Positions 1 through 11,767 of a stretch of DNA of 64,000 nucleotides are shown here, one piece after another. Within the stretch, counting starts at the first letter, position 1, and the number at the start of each line of letters is the position of its first letter. The notes below the pieces were generated by a model. It searched no databases, was not told where the DNA came from, and was given only the letters and a program-made list of their open reading frames with translations. This DNA comes from an uncultured delta proteobacterium. GTDB lineage: Bacteria; Desulfobacterota; Binatia; Binatales; Binataceae. The translations under genes and the position numbers were made by a program. The stretch spans positions 416,001-480,000 of the forward strand of contig CAWCDG010000004.1 of the NCBI GenBank assembly GCA_963794325.1, written 5' to 3'.

Positions 1-2
1 GG

Positions 3-1157
3 AACACGCAATTCAACCCCTCCGTTTCGCTCGATAACCTAGCTCTGATTCCCGACAAACCGACAGACTCGACGCCTGGAGATAGCGAGAATGATAGCCA
101 TCCTGCTGATTGGTTGCCGAACCTTCTGGCGCGACGGCTCGTGCGCGCCGGACGCTATCGGGAAGCGTTGAATTATGTCCCGGCCCTCGAAGTGAAGTCT
201 TCCACCGCGGCCGCGATTTCCAGTCCTGCGGCCATGCCAACAGTATCGGCCTCTACCACCGCCCCGTTTGCGGTTACAGTTGGGCAGACTCAGTTCATTC
301 CAGAAAGCGTTGTAGCTACGAAGCCCAAGCGGCAAAAGCATTGGCATAAGCACCTGGTTCGCGAAAGTATTTTCGAAGTGCCGGAGGACGCAATCGCCGA
401 ATATATTCAAGGGTTGAATGACGCGAATACCGCTCGCTCCAATGTTGATCGCGCTCGAGGCTGGTACCGAGCCGCGATGTTGGCCGGCAATTTCAAAGCA
501 GGCAATAAAATCATGGGTACCGAGGGGGAGCCGGATTACTACATGCAACCGTATATTGGGGAGGGCACCGGCCAACGCGAGCTTCACGACGACGATCGAT
601 TCGTGACCGACGGTGAGCGCCGGCGCTTCAAGGCTAGCGCGCCGAAGCCGAATTTGCGCTATCACTACATATTCGTCGGCGCCGATGAGGCGATCCGCGC
701 GGCCGCTTTGCTTCCTCCGCGATCGCAGGCATTCGCTGCGGTCTTGTGTCATGCAACTTCGTGGATGACCGACGGGGAATCGTGTCCTGCCAACGCCGCC
801 GGCCTGCGCACGTCACCTACCGCGTACGCCTCGGAGGCGGCGGGCATAGCCAACCCGCTCACTGTGGACGCGTTGTGGCCTGACGAGAGTGCCGCCCGCA
901 TCAATCTCACTTGCCAGCTATATCAGCGGTACCTGAAAGAGGGCGCGGTCGTGCCTTTGGCGACGGATTTTGGACAGGATTGCCCCGAACCGGATTTCGC
1001 CAGCGCCGTTCAGTTTGTGCAGGTGCAGACAATCCGCGAAGCCCGCCGACAGAGTCGGATAGTCCGCCACCGCTGGATTGTTCTCGTAAAGCTTCTATTG
1101 GTCGCTCTATGCCTCGCCGCGAGCACCTGGTGGTTCTTGCGGCACCGCTACGTTTGA
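3..1157 (+). CDS. Hypothetical protein, 5'-truncated by the window edge, with C-terminal transmembrane anchor
   Basis: The frame of ORF 114..1157 is open back to position 3. Helical-repeat-like text (LLARRLVRAGRYREAL), a RYHY..A...AA.LLP..S..FA.VLC.A..W block, and a hydrophobic C-terminus (WIVLVKLLLVALCLAASTWWFL). Confidence 0.7.
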   Translation, partial: NTQFNPSVSLDNLALIPDKPTDSTPGDSENDSHPADWLPNLLARRLVRAGRYREALNYVPALEVKSSTAAAISSPAAMPTVSASTTAPFAVTVGQTQFIPESVVATKPKRQKHWHKHLVRESIFEVPEDAIAEYIQGLNDANTARSNVDRARGWYRAAMLAGNFKAGNKIMGTEGEPDYYMQPYIGEGTGQRELHDDDRFVTDGERRRFKASAPKPNLRYHYIFVGADEAIRAAALLPPRSQAFAAVLCHATSWMTDGESCPANAAGLRTSPTAYASEAAGIANPLTVDALWPDESAARINLTCQLYQRYLKEGAVVPLATDFGQDCPEPDFASAVQFVQVQTIREARRQSRIVRHRWIVLVKLLLVALCLAASTWWFLRHRYV

Positions 1158-1240
1158 AAATCTCAGCAATTCCGCGGGTGCAAACACTGGCGCGACCCTT
1201 AATCGTGCTTAGATTTATCCCTGCGTATCGGTTTGAAAAA

Positions 1241-1859
1241 ATGAACAAGCGACACAAGCATCCTCAGGACGGAAATCCCGGTATGGATGGTGAATTCGAC
1301 CCGGCCAACGCCGGGCCTGAGTCAGAGCAGGGCAGCGACGTCGGAATCGCTGCGGGCGCAGCTCGCCGAGAAAGACAAGGAAATCGCCGAGCTGAAGGAC
1401 AAGTATCTTCGCACGCTCGCCGAGTCGGAAAATGCGCGCAAGCGAATCCGCCAGCAGAGCGAGGAATCGATACGCATCCAGCGCGAGGCGATTCTCCGCG
1501 ACCTGCTTCCGATCATCGACAACCTCGAACGCGCGCTGGCGGCTGCTCGCAGTGGCACCGACGCCAAGACGATCGTCGATGGCGTCGAGATGACGGTGCG
1601 TGCGCTGATCGATTTTCTCCGCGCACAAGGCGTCACGCCGCTGAATTCGGTCGGACAGTCGTTCGATCCAAATCGGCATGAGGCAGTCGATCACGTGGCG
1701 TCCGAGGCGCATCCGCCGAACACGGTCGTCGATGAATTCCATCGCGGGTATCTGATTGGCGAGCGAGTTTTGCGGCCGGCGCGCGTATCGGTCGCGAAGG
1801 GAAATCGGAACCGATTCCGGAAAGCGAAACGGAGGCGAAACCGATTCCTCCGACGTTGA
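1241..1859 (+). CDS. grpE: Nucleotide exchange factor GrpE (apparent frameshift near 1343; possible second indel near the 3' end, alternative stop 1869)
   Basis: KDKYLRTLAESENARKR, LLPIIDNLERAL, FDPNRHEAV and RGYLIGERVLRPARVSV motifs, directly upstream of dnaK. The ATG at 1241 joins the GrpE frame if one G is removed from gacgtcGgaatcg. Confidence 0.92.
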
Positions 1860-1918
1860 AAATAACTGAACCGTGGTTATCTGTATCTTAAGTTTTATAT
1901 CAGGGGACCTCTAGAAAC

Positions 1919-3862
<1,944 letters not shown>

Positions 3863-3867
3863 CAATC

Positions 3868-3892
3868 GAAGGGGCCGCGCAAGCGGCCCTTC
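3868..3892 (+). terminator. GC-rich stem-loop after dnaK (GCAA tetraloop), either a weak terminator or an mRNA-stabilising hairpin
   Basis: gaaggggccgc-gcaa-gcggcccttc immediately after the dnaK stop, with no strong U-tract. Confidence 0.55.
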
Positions 3893-3947
3893 TCGTATCG
3901 CCAGCGCAATGGCGTCCTCGCCGACGTTCGCATAGAATCTCTGCGCG

Positions 3948-5084
3948 ATGCCGTCTGCACAAAAACGCGATTACTACGAAGTCCTCGGCGTCAATCGCGG
4001 CGCCGGCGAAACTGAGCTGAAGAAAGCCTACCGCACTCTCGCGATTCAGTTTCATCCCGATCGCAATCCCGGCAACAAGGATGCCGAGGAGCGCTTCAAG
4101 GAACTCAACGAGGCCTACCAGGTCCTGTCGGATCCTGAGCGGCGGGCACAGTACGATCGTTTTGGGCATGCGGCGTTCCAGGGACCGCAGGGTGGTCCGG
4201 GCGGCTTCGGCGGTTTCGATTTCAGCCAGGGCTTCGAGGAAGTCTTCTCCGATATTTTTGGCGATTTCTTCGGCACCGGCCGCGGGCGATCGCGTTCGCG
4301 CACCCGGCGCGGCGACGACCTGCGTTACGATCTCGAAATAGAATTCGAGGAAGCGGCGCGCGGAATCGAGAAGGTCGTAAAGTTCCAGCGCCTCACCCAG
4401 TGCGAAGCCTGCAACGGAACGCGAGCGCGCGGCGGCTCCAGTGGCGCACGCCAGTGCCCCAATTGCCGCGGCAGCGGCCAGGTCCGTACCCAGCAAGGAT
4501 TTTTTTCGATCTCGACGACCTGCGGGCAATGCCGCGGCGAGGGCATGATCATCTCCGACCCATGCCCCAAGTGCCAGGGTCAGGGACGTATCCGCAAGGC
4601 TGAATCGCTGGCGGTGAAGATTCCGCCGGGCGTCGACAACGGCTCGCGTCTGAAGCTGCGCGGCGAAGGCGAAGCCGGCTACGGCGGCGGACCGCAAGGC
4701 GATCTCTACGTCGTCATCCACGTCAAGGAGCACGAGATGTTCGTGCGCCAGGACAACGACGTGATAATCGAGGCGCCGATCAGCTTCCCGCAGGCGGCGG
4801 TCGGCACCGAGATCGAAGTACCGACGCTCGAAGGGAAAGTGAAGCTCAAGATTCCGCCGGGCACACAGTCGGGAAAGATCCTGCGCCTCAAGGGCAAGGG
4901 CATCGTCGATCTGCACGGCTACGGACGCGGCGATCAGCTGATCAAAGTGATCGTCGAGACGCCGCGGAGTCTGACCGCGCGCCAGCGCGAACTGCTCGAG
5001 GAATTCGCCAAGCTCGACGGCAAAGCCGTCAACCATCCGCTCTCCAAGGGCTTCGTGGACAAGCTCAAGGAGATGTTCGGCTAG
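3948..5084 (+). CDS. dnaJ: Molecular chaperone DnaJ
   Basis: J-domain with HPD, a G/F-rich region and four CxxCxGxG-type zinc repeats. Confidence 0.99.
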   Translation: MPSAQKRDYYEVLGVNRGAGETELKKAYRTLAIQFHPDRNPGNKDAEERFKELNEAYQVLSDPERRAQYDRFGHAAFQGPQGGPGGFGGFDFSQGFEEVFSDIFGDFFGTGRGRSRSRTRRGDDLRYDLEIEFEEAARGIEKVVKFQRLTQCEACNGTRARGGSSGARQCPNCRGSGQVRTQQGFFSISTTCGQCRGEGMIISDPCPKCQGQGRIRKAESLAVKIPPGVDNGSRLKLRGEGEAGYGGGPQGDLYVVIHVKEHEMFVRQDNDVIIEAPISFPQAAVGTEIEVPTLEGKVKLKIPPGTQSGKILRLKGKGIVDLHGYGRGDQLIKVIVETPRSLTARQRELLEEFAKLDGKAVNHPLSKGFVDKLKEMFG

Positions 5085-5122
5085 CCTCCGTGTACCAACG
5101 CCATCCGGCGAAGGAGAAGCTC

Positions 5123-5332
5123 ATGGCCTGCAATTCGTGTGAAAGCAGCGGAAGATTCCGGGCGAGCTATTGCGACGATTGCGAGCGCTGGACTTTCCAC
5201 GTCGACAAGCACGACCTGCTGATCGCAGCCGGACTCATGGCAGTCGCCGCAGTGATAGTCCTTCAACCGGAGCTACTGTTTGCGCCCGCAGGCATCATGT
5301 TCGCGAAACGCGCAATCGGAGCGCTCGTGTAG
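5123..5332 (+). CDS. Small hypothetical protein: N-terminal CxxC..CxxC plus hydrophobic C-terminus
   Basis: SD aaggag ahead of the ATG at 5123; MACNSC...YCDDC then LLIAAGLMAVAAVIVL. Confidence 0.65.
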   Translation: MACNSCESSGRFRASYCDDCERWTFHVDKHDLLIAAGLMAVAAVIVLQPELLFAPAGIMFAKRAIGALV

Positions 5333-5347
5333 GCAATTCCGCGCCGC

Positions 5348-5758
5348 TCAGCGCGGGACGTGCACCAACTCCAGCTTCAGTCCGTCGGGATCGGTGAAAA
5401 ACACCGCGTAGTATCCCGGCAGGTAGTCATACTCCTTCGGCGGATCGGTGACCTTGCCGCCGTTCGAAGAAATTTTTTCACTCAGCTGGTCTATCTGCTG
5501 ACGACTCTCTGCAGCGAACGCGACCTCGCACAGTCCGACGCGATGGCGATGGAACTTGTCGGCGCGAAATTCCGGATCTGAAGGCCGAATCCATAGCGAG
5601 CCGTGATCCCCGAAATAGCCAGTGGTGACATCGGTATTCGGCTGATCGTAGGACATCGCCTTCGGATAGCCGATTTGCGGCATCAGCCACGAGTAGAACT
5701 TTTTCGCGGCCGCATAGTCGTTGACGTTGACGATGATATGGTCGACTCCCGCGCGCAT
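5348..5758 (-). CDS. VOC/glyoxalase family protein
   Basis: GVDHIIVNV...FY and YYAVFFTDPDGLKLELVH motifs. Confidence 0.9.
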   Translation of the reverse strand: MRAGVDHIIVNVNDYAAAKKFYSWLMPQIGYPKAMSYDQPNTDVTTGYFGDHGSLWIRPSDPEFRADKFHRHRVGLCEVAFAAESRQQIDQLSEKISSNGGKVTDPPKEYDYLPGYYAVFFTDPDGLKLELVHVPR

Positions 5759-5779
5759 AACGACACCTCCGTGCAGTAA

Positions 5780-6646
5780 CTAACTTTGTACGCGGCCCAG
5801 CGCGTCGAACAAAGCTGCGCGCATCACGCCCGCCGGCGGCGCAACCCGATTGAAGAGCTTGAACGCGAGCTCGCCCTGATTCACCAGCATCCCGGCGCCG
5901 TCAGCCGCGCGCCGTCCAGCGGCCAGGGCGGGCTTGATGAACTCGGTCGGCTGAGCCGAATAGATCAGATCATAGAATAAGCAATCATCCGGAGTTGAAC
6001 TGTAGTCGAGGCGCGCGAATCGCCCAGTAGTCAGACCCATCGAAGTCGCGTTGACGATCAATCGCGCCTCGGCCAGCAGATCCGAATCAACCAGCGCGTC
6101 GAGCCCGCGAGGCTCGCCCGATGTGCGCGCGCCCTTCGCAGCAAATCGGCGCGCGAGCGATGCTGCGCGCGACGGCGTGCGATTCGCGATCACCACCCGG
6201 CTCGCGCCCAGCCGGATGCATGCGAGAACCGATGATGCTGCGCCGCCACCCGCGCCGATCACGATGGCGAGGCGTCCACGCAGCTCGCATCCGAGATCGC
6301 GCAAATCGCGCTCGAGGCCGCGCGCGTCAGTATTGTCGCCGCGGAGCACGCCGCGCCGATTGACGACGCAATTGACCGCGCCCAGCATGCGCGCCTCTCC
6401 AGTGAGATCCTTGATCAGCCGGGCCGCCACTTGCTTGTGCGGCACCGTCAGATTTATGCCGATGATTCCAAGCGGAGGAATCGCGCGAAGTGCCGATGCA
6501 AGATTCGCCGACGTGACACGAAACGCCGCATATGTTCGGCTCATGCCGAGCGCCGCGTAGGCCGCATTGTGCATCGCGGGTGATTTGGAATGCTCGATGG
6601 GATCGCCGAAGATTCCTGCGACCGCCGTGTCGCTGGTGGTAGGCAA
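5780..6646 (-). CDS. aroE: Shikimate dehydrogenase
   Basis: GDPIEHSKSPAMHN, NLTVPHK, GAVNCV, GDNTD, GAGGGA, NATSMG and DGAGMLVNQG motifs. Confidence 0.95.
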   Translation of the reverse strand: MPTTSDTAVAGIFGDPIEHSKSPAMHNAAYAALGMSRTYAAFRVTSANLASALRAIPPLGIIGINLTVPHKQVAARLIKDLTGEARMLGAVNCVVNRRGVLRGDNTDARGLERDLRDLGCELRGRLAIVIGAGGGAASSVLACIRLGASRVVIANRTPSRAASLARRFAAKGARTSGEPRGLDALVDSDLLAEARLIVNATSMGLTTGRFARLDYSSTPDDCLFYDLIYSAQPTEFIKPALAAGRRAADGAGMLVNQGELAFKLFNRVAPPAGVMRAALFDALGRVQS

Positions 6647-6652
6647 TCGAAA

Positions 6653-7222
6653 TCAGCCGATGGGATGAGCGGCGCGCTCAGCGCGCACCTCTTCCGCGGT
6701 GAATACCCAGCTGTACTTCAACCCCGCGCGCGCGAACGCTTCGACTGCGCCCTCGCCGCGCTCGACCAGTGCGATTGCCGCGAGGACGTTGCCGCCCGCT
6801 TCGCGCATCGCAGCCACCGCTTGCAAACTCGAGCCGCCGGTCGTAATCGTGTCGTCGATCACCGCCGTCTTCAGTCCGGGCTTAAACGCACCCTCGACCA
6901 TTTGCTGCAAGCCGTGCTGCTTGGTTTCTTTACGCACGAAAAAACCGCGAATCTCGACGCCATTGCGATACGCCGCCGCTATCGCCGCATCAGTGACCGG
7001 TAGCGCGCCGGCCGCCATGCCGCCGATTTGCTCGACACCAGCCGCCTTCGCGAGTTCAAGGACCAGTTCTCCGGCGAGGTACGCACCACGTGGCAGGTAC
7101 AGCGTGCGTTTACAGTCGACGTAGTAATTAGATGCGCGTCCCGACGAGAGCGTGAGTTTTCGCTCGAAATACGACTCCCGGGCGAGCATCGCCAGCAATT
7201 CGCGGCGTTCTTCAGATTTCAT
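6653..7222 (-). CDS. pyrE: Orotate phosphoribosyltransferase
   Basis: LSSGRASNYYVD, FFVRKETKQHG and PRPP loop VIDDTITTGGS. The start is taken at MKSEERR (7222). Confidence 0.93.
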   Translation of the reverse strand: MKSEERRELLAMLARESYFERKLTLSSGRASNYYVDCKRTLYLPRGAYLAGELVLELAKAAGVEQIGGMAAGALPVTDAAIAAAYRNGVEIRGFFVRKETKQHGLQQMVEGAFKPGLKTAVIDDTITTGGSSLQAVAAMREAGGNVLAAIALVERGEGAVEAFARAGLKYSWVFTAEEVRAERAAHPIG

Positions 7223-7410
7223 ATACCTGTTGAAGCGTGATCTTAACCGATGCAGCGCAGGGCACAAGAGCGATATAATATTGGTCGCGCTGGTGATAGC
7301 GTTAAGGGTGCCCGAAGGGAACAATGGACGCGCGTTACGGTCCGCAGGGCACGAAAAGGAGAGATAGCGAATCGCCATGAGTCCCGCGACTCGGGCGCCA
7401 AGCGATATAA

Positions 7411-8478
7411 GTGATAAGCAACGATTCACCCCGTGTGATCGGAACCGGCACTGCATTACCCGCCAACTACGTCGATCAGGAGCAACTGACCTCGCGACTC
7501 CGGGAGCTGTGGGAGAAGCGATGGTCGGATCTGCGCCGCTTCGACAAAATCCAGGGCGCGCTCGGAATCACCGGGCGTCATCTTGCGCTGCCGATCGAGG
7601 AATACATACCGCTCGACACCTTCGCCAAGACCAACGACGCCTGGATGCGGGCCGCGCCGGAAGTCGGAACGGCGGCGGCTGAGATTGCGCTCGAACGCGC
7701 CGGGCTGAAGCCTCGCGACGTCGATCATCTGTTCTTTGTCACCGTCACCGGCATCGCGGTGCCGAGCATCGACACCCGCGTCATCAGCGCGCTCGGGATG
7801 CGCAAGGACATCAAGCGCACCCCAATCTTCGGGCTGGGATGCGTCGCGGGAGCGACGGGAACGGCTCGTGCCGCCGATTACATCCGCGCGTATCCGTCGG
7901 AAGTCGCGATGCTGCTGTCGGTCGAGTTGTGCTCGCTGACCTTGCAGCGCGAGGATCTTTCGATCGCAAATATCATCGCGTCCGGCCTGTTCGGCGACGG
8001 CGCGGCCGCGATGCTGATAGGCGGCAATGCCAGTGCGGAGGACGGTCCGCAGGTAGTTGCGACGCGCTCGCTGGTGTTTCCAAACACTGAAGAAATACTC
8101 GGCTGGGAGATCGTCGACAGCGGCTTCAAAATCGTGCTGTCGTCGAAGCTCACCGACCTCGTGCGCGCCAACATACTCGACGAAGTGGATTCATTCCTCG
8201 CCAAGCAGAACATCGACCGCTCGCATATCAAGCATTGGATCGCGCATGCCGGCGGCCCGAAGGTGCTCGAGACCCTTGAAGGCGCGCTCGCTCTCCCCGA
8301 AGGCGCGCTGGAGCGTTCGTGGCACTCGCTGCGATCGGTCGGAAATCTCTCGTCGGCGTCCGTGATGTTCATCCTCGACGAACTACTCGAGGACCACGTC
8401 GCCGCTCCCGGAGAGTACGGCATGATTGTCGGGATGGGCCCCGGATTCTCGGTCGAGCTGGTTCTTCTGAAATGGTGA
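7411..8478 (+). CDS. Type III polyketide synthase (chalcone synthase-like, SrsA/BpsA-type)
   Basis: Catalytic Cys in FGLGCVAG, SVELCSL, LFGDGAAA, His in HAGG, Asn in GNLSSAS, and GMGPG. Confidence 0.93.
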   Translation: MISNDSPRVIGTGTALPANYVDQEQLTSRLRELWEKRWSDLRRFDKIQGALGITGRHLALPIEEYIPLDTFAKTNDAWMRAAPEVGTAAAEIALERAGLKPRDVDHLFFVTVTGIAVPSIDTRVISALGMRKDIKRTPIFGLGCVAGATGTARAADYIRAYPSEVAMLLSVELCSLTLQREDLSIANIIASGLFGDGAAAMLIGGNASAEDGPQVVATRSLVFPNTEEILGWEIVDSGFKIVLSSKLTDLVRANILDEVDSFLAKQNIDRSHIKHWIAHAGGPKVLETLEGALALPEGALERSWHSLRSVGNLSSASVMFILDELLEDHVAAPGEYGMIVGMGPGFSVELVLLKW

Positions 8479-8488
8479 TCTCGCTGAA

Positions 8489-9061
8489 GTGGTGATTTCG
8501 CTCCGGACCTACCTAATCATTCTCGCGATTCTGATCGTTGAGCGGATCTTCGAACTGGATCGTGCGCGTCGCAATGCGCGCCGCGCGTTCGAGCACGGCG
8601 CAATCGAAGTCGGGCAGGCGCACTATCGCGTGATGGTCGCATTTCATGCGCTGTTCATCGGGTCATGCGCCGTCGAGGCCACATTTTTCCCGCGCGCATT
8701 TCCACCGATCGTCGCGTGGATCGCGTTATGCGCTGAAATCGTCGCGCAGGCGCTTCGCTACTGGGCGGTCACCACGCTCGGCGATCGATGGAACACGCGA
8801 ATCATCGTAACTCCGGAGCGCGCTCCGGTAACCACCGGCCCATATCGCTTCATGCGCCATCCCAACTATCTCGCGGTCGTGATCGAGATCGCCGCGGTGC
8901 CGATGATCGGTGGTGCGGTCTTTACGGCGATCGCATTCTCGATCGGCAACGCGCTGATTCTGGCGGTACGAATTCCAGCCGAAGAGCGCGCGATGGGCGG
9001 GCGCTATGCCGACGCACTTGGCTCGCGCCGCCGGTTTTTCCCAGGCTTGCGCCATAGCTAA
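8489..9061 (+). CDS. Isoprenylcysteine carboxyl methyltransferase-family protein (SrsB/BpsB-like polyketide O-methyltransferase)
   Basis: LRYWAVTTLGDRWNTRI, GPYRFMRHPNY and RIPAEERA motifs; directly follows the type III PKS. Confidence 0.88.
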   Translation: MVISLRTYLIILAILIVERIFELDRARRNARRAFEHGAIEVGQAHYRVMVAFHALFIGSCAVEATFFPRAFPPIVAWIALCAEIVAQALRYWAVTTLGDRWNTRIIVTPERAPVTTGPYRFMRHPNYLAVVIEIAAVPMIGGAVFTAIAFSIGNALILAVRIPAEERAMGGRYADALGSRRRFFPGLRHS

Positions 9062-9070
9062 GATAGTCGG

Positions 9071-9748
9071 GTGTTCTTCGCGCCCTTCCTCGCCGTCTAC
9101 GCGATCCTCTTCTTCTTCGTCCTCGCGTTCTTTTTTATCGCGCTCGAAATTCACGTCATCAGCTACGCCTTCGTAACGCTCGGGCTGTCCCCCGAGATGG
9201 CTTTCGCCGCGCTGCTCGCGAGTCTGTTCGGGAGCTACATCAATATTCCGATCACGCGCGTCGCTGGCGGCCCGCCCCATCCGGCCGGGGTCGTGCGCAG
9301 CTTCGGGATTCGCTACCAGGTGCCGACTCGCTACACGACCGACTCGACTATCGTCGCGATAAATGTCGGCGGCGCGATCGTCCCGCTGGTCATCTCGCTG
9401 TATCTGCTGATGCAGATGCCCTCGATAATCGTGCCGGCGATGATCGGTGTCGCGATCGTTACGGCTATCGTCCATCGTTTCGCGATGCCGGTTCCCGGTC
9501 TGGGAATCGCTACGCCGATGCTGATCCCGCCTATCGTCGCAGCGCTATGCGGCTATTTCCTCGGCTCTTCGCAGCACCATCGCGACGCCGTCGCCTTCAT
9601 CAGCGGCGTGATGGGCACACTGATCGGCGCAGATCTGCTCAACCTCCCCAAGCTGCGCGATTTGGGCGCGCCGGTCGCATCAATCGGCGGGGCCGGCACC
9701 TTCGACGGAATCTTCCTGACCGGAATCGTCGCCGTCCTGCTGGCGTGA
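9071..9748 (+). CDS. DUF1614-like multi-pass membrane protein
   Basis: LFGSYINIP, AINVGGAIVP, GTLIGADLLNL and SIGGAGTFDGIFLTG motifs. Confidence 0.85.
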   Translation: MFFAPFLAVYAILFFFVLAFFFIALEIHVISYAFVTLGLSPEMAFAALLASLFGSYINIPITRVAGGPPHPAGVVRSFGIRYQVPTRYTTDSTIVAINVGGAIVPLVISLYLLMQMPSIIVPAMIGVAIVTAIVHRFAMPVPGLGIATPMLIPPIVAALCGYFLGSSQHHRDAVAFISGVMGTLIGADLLNLPKLRDLGAPVASIGGAGTFDGIFLTGIVAVLLA

Positions 9749-9785
9749 TCGGCAAATAGGCGACTCTACTAAACAGTTCGGCGCG

Positions 9786-10187
9786 TTACGCAGGCTTGAA
9801 TTTCACGAGCGTATGGTCGGGCGTCACGTCGTCGAAGAAGACCTGGACCGGCATCTCGACGCGTACCTGCTCAGGCGCCGCGACAATATTGGTTGTCATG
9901 CGCGGGCCTTCGGCCAGCTCGACGATCGCCAGTACGTACGGCGCGTCGGCAAACGCGCGGCTCGACGCTCGCCGCACGACTGTATAGCTGTACACTTTGC
10001 CGCGCCCGCTCACGCGCTCCCACGCGAGCTTGTCCGCGAAACATTTCGGGCATCGATCGCGCGGATAGTAGACGTACTCGCGGCACGCGCCGCATCGCTG
10101 AATCGTCAATTCATGACGCCGCGCCGCCTCCCAGAATGGACGGCTGGTTGGCGATGGCTTCGGAAGCGGTTTGTAGTATTCGCTCAT
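9786..10187 (-). CDS. Zn-ribbon/OB-fold (DUF35) thiolase partner protein
   Basis: PFWEAA..L.IQRCGAC...YPR..CPKC, SGRGKVYSYTV and PYVLAIVELAEGPRM. Overlaps the thiolase stop (ATGA). Confidence 0.9.
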   Translation of the reverse strand: MSEYYKPLPKPSPTSRPFWEAARRHELTIQRCGACREYVYYPRDRCPKCFADKLAWERVSGRGKVYSYTVVRRASSRAFADAPYVLAIVELAEGPRMTTNIVAAPEQVRVEMPVQVFFDDVTPDHTLVKFKPA

Positions 10188-11341
10188 GATCGTCGCTCCA
10201 GCACGAGACTTGCCTGCTCGCTCATAATCCCGCCGTTGCCGTTGACGTAGCCGAGCGCCGCGTTTTTGACCTGGCGCTCGCCGCCACGTCCCATCAATTG
10301 TCGAATCGCTTCCGTCACGTGACTCATGCCGCCCGCCAGTCCCGGCTGTCCAAACGACAATTGCCCGCCATGCGTGTTGCACGGAAAGTCGCCCGCGTAG
10401 GTCAGGTCGTGCTCCGCGACGAACGGCCCGCCCTGCCCTTTCTTGCAGAAACCCGCATCTTCGAGCGTGACGATCACCGTGATCGTGTAGCAGTCGTACG
10501 GGCACACAATGTCCATGTCCTTCGGTTGCAGCCCCGCCATCTTGAACGCATTCTCGGCCGCCGGCTTGATCGGCGACGTCGTGATCGATGGCGCGTAAGT
10601 GATCGTCGAATGGTTCGCCGCTTCGCCCGCGCCGAGCAGCCATATCGGCGGATTCTTGGAGCGCTTGGCCACCTCGGGCGAGGCGACAATTATCGCAGCG
10701 CCGCCACTCACCGGACTTACGATTTCATACAGATGCAGCGGATCGACGATCATGCGCGAGTTCAGCACGTCGTCGATCGTAATCGCCTTGTCGTTGAAGG
10801 TCGCGAGCGGATTCTTGAGCGCGTTGGTCCGCTGATCGACCGCGACCTTCGCCATCTGCCGCGCCGTGGTTCCGTACTCATGCATATGGCGATGTGCGAT
10901 CATCGCGTAGCCGCAATTCGCGCCAATATTTCCGTAGGGCGCTTCGAACTCGCGCTGCACCGACACGACCGGCGGACGCTGGTCGCCCGCCTTGTTCAAA
11001 TCCGCGACGATACACAACACCGCGTCGCACATTCCCGCGTCGATCGCCGCCGCCGCGCGCCAGATCATGCCGGCCGGACTCGCGCCGCCGATATCAACCT
11101 GGTTCAGCATCCGCACGTTCAGCCCCAGCACTTCGGCCGCGCTGGCCGGGTAAATCATCCCCGGATCGGAAAACGGTACGCCGACCAGGAAGCCGTCGAT
11201 ATCTTTTTTCTCGAGCCCCGCGTCCGCGATCGCCTCGGCCGCGACGCGCGCCATCAGCCCGAGCGCGGTCAGGTCGCCGGGTTCCTTGACCGGTTTGAGT
11301 TCGCCGATTCCAATCGCCGCGGCTTTTCCTTTCAGGCTCAT
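10184..11341 (-). CDS. Thiolase-family (SCP-x/lipid-transfer type) protein
   Basis: DAGLEKKDIDG, YDCYTITV..LEDAGFC.KG.G and NTHGGQLS motifs. The canonical Cys is absent (GGAS), as in aldolase-type members. Confidence 0.88.
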   Translation of the reverse strand: MSLKGKAAAIGIGELKPVKEPGDLTALGLMARVAAEAIADAGLEKKDIDGFLVGVPFSDPGMIYPASAAEVLGLNVRMLNQVDIGGASPAGMIWRAAAAIDAGMCDAVLCIVADLNKAGDQRPPVVSVQREFEAPYGNIGANCGYAMIAHRHMHEYGTTARQMAKVAVDQRTNALKNPLATFNDKAITIDDVLNSRMIVDPLHLYEIVSPVSGGAAIIVASPEVAKRSKNPPIWLLGAGEAANHSTITYAPSITTSPIKPAAENAFKMAGLQPKDMDIVCPYDCYTITVIVTLEDAGFCKKGQGGPFVAEHDLTYAGDFPCNTHGGQLSFGQPGLAGGMSHVTEAIRQLMGRGGERQVKNAALGYVNGNGGIMSEQASLVLERRS

Positions 11342-11472
11342 CGCATCGACTCCCGCGTTTTCATTTTCTCGATTACGACTACCACAAATTGCGCCTCGCC
11401 AGTCTGCCGCGACGCGGTTCTATCGGGTGAAAAAATCTTATAGCTTTGTTCGTTCGAGGTACTTTTAACCAA

Positions 11473-11652
11473 ATGGCATTTATCATCTGTGACGACCACA
11501 ACCTTGATGTCGAAGCCGACGGGGTCGACAACGCCGTCGCCAAGCAACTGATGCTGACCGATTCAAAACCGGACGCGACAGTCGTTGAAAAAGAGATCAT
11601 CGAGTTCGGAAAAACGCATCGCCACTGCAACATCCGAATTCTCGCCGGCTGA
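11473..11652 (+). CDS. Small hypothetical protein (59 aa) with CxxH...HxxC motif
   Basis: Fills the intergenic gap, has natural-looking composition, and GAGG lies upstream. Confidence 0.6.
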   Translation: MAFIICDDHNLDVEADGVDNAVAKQLMLTDSKPDATVVEKEIIEFGKTHRHCNIRILAG

Positions 11653-11732
11653 TTTTCAGATTCGCTGCGCGATCTCGAATTCAGATTAGGTCGTCGCTCT
11701 CACACGCCCGCGCGCATTTTACGCATTCGATG

Positions 11733-11762
11733 TTGACCAGCCGCGCAAGCGGCAGATACACT
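11733..11762 (+). promoter_or_regulatory. Sigma-70-like promoter of tRNA-fMet
   Basis: TTGACC-18 nt-TACACT ending 5 nt before tRNA position 1. Confidence 0.55.
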
Positions 11763-11767
11763 GCCAA

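Noticed and set aside
1158-1918. CIRCE element or sigma-32 promoter for the chaperone operon
   Set aside because: No TTAGCACTC-N9-GAGTGCTAA and no hrcA. TTGAAA...GTTATCT near 1856-1882 is only a weak heat-shock-promoter resemblance.
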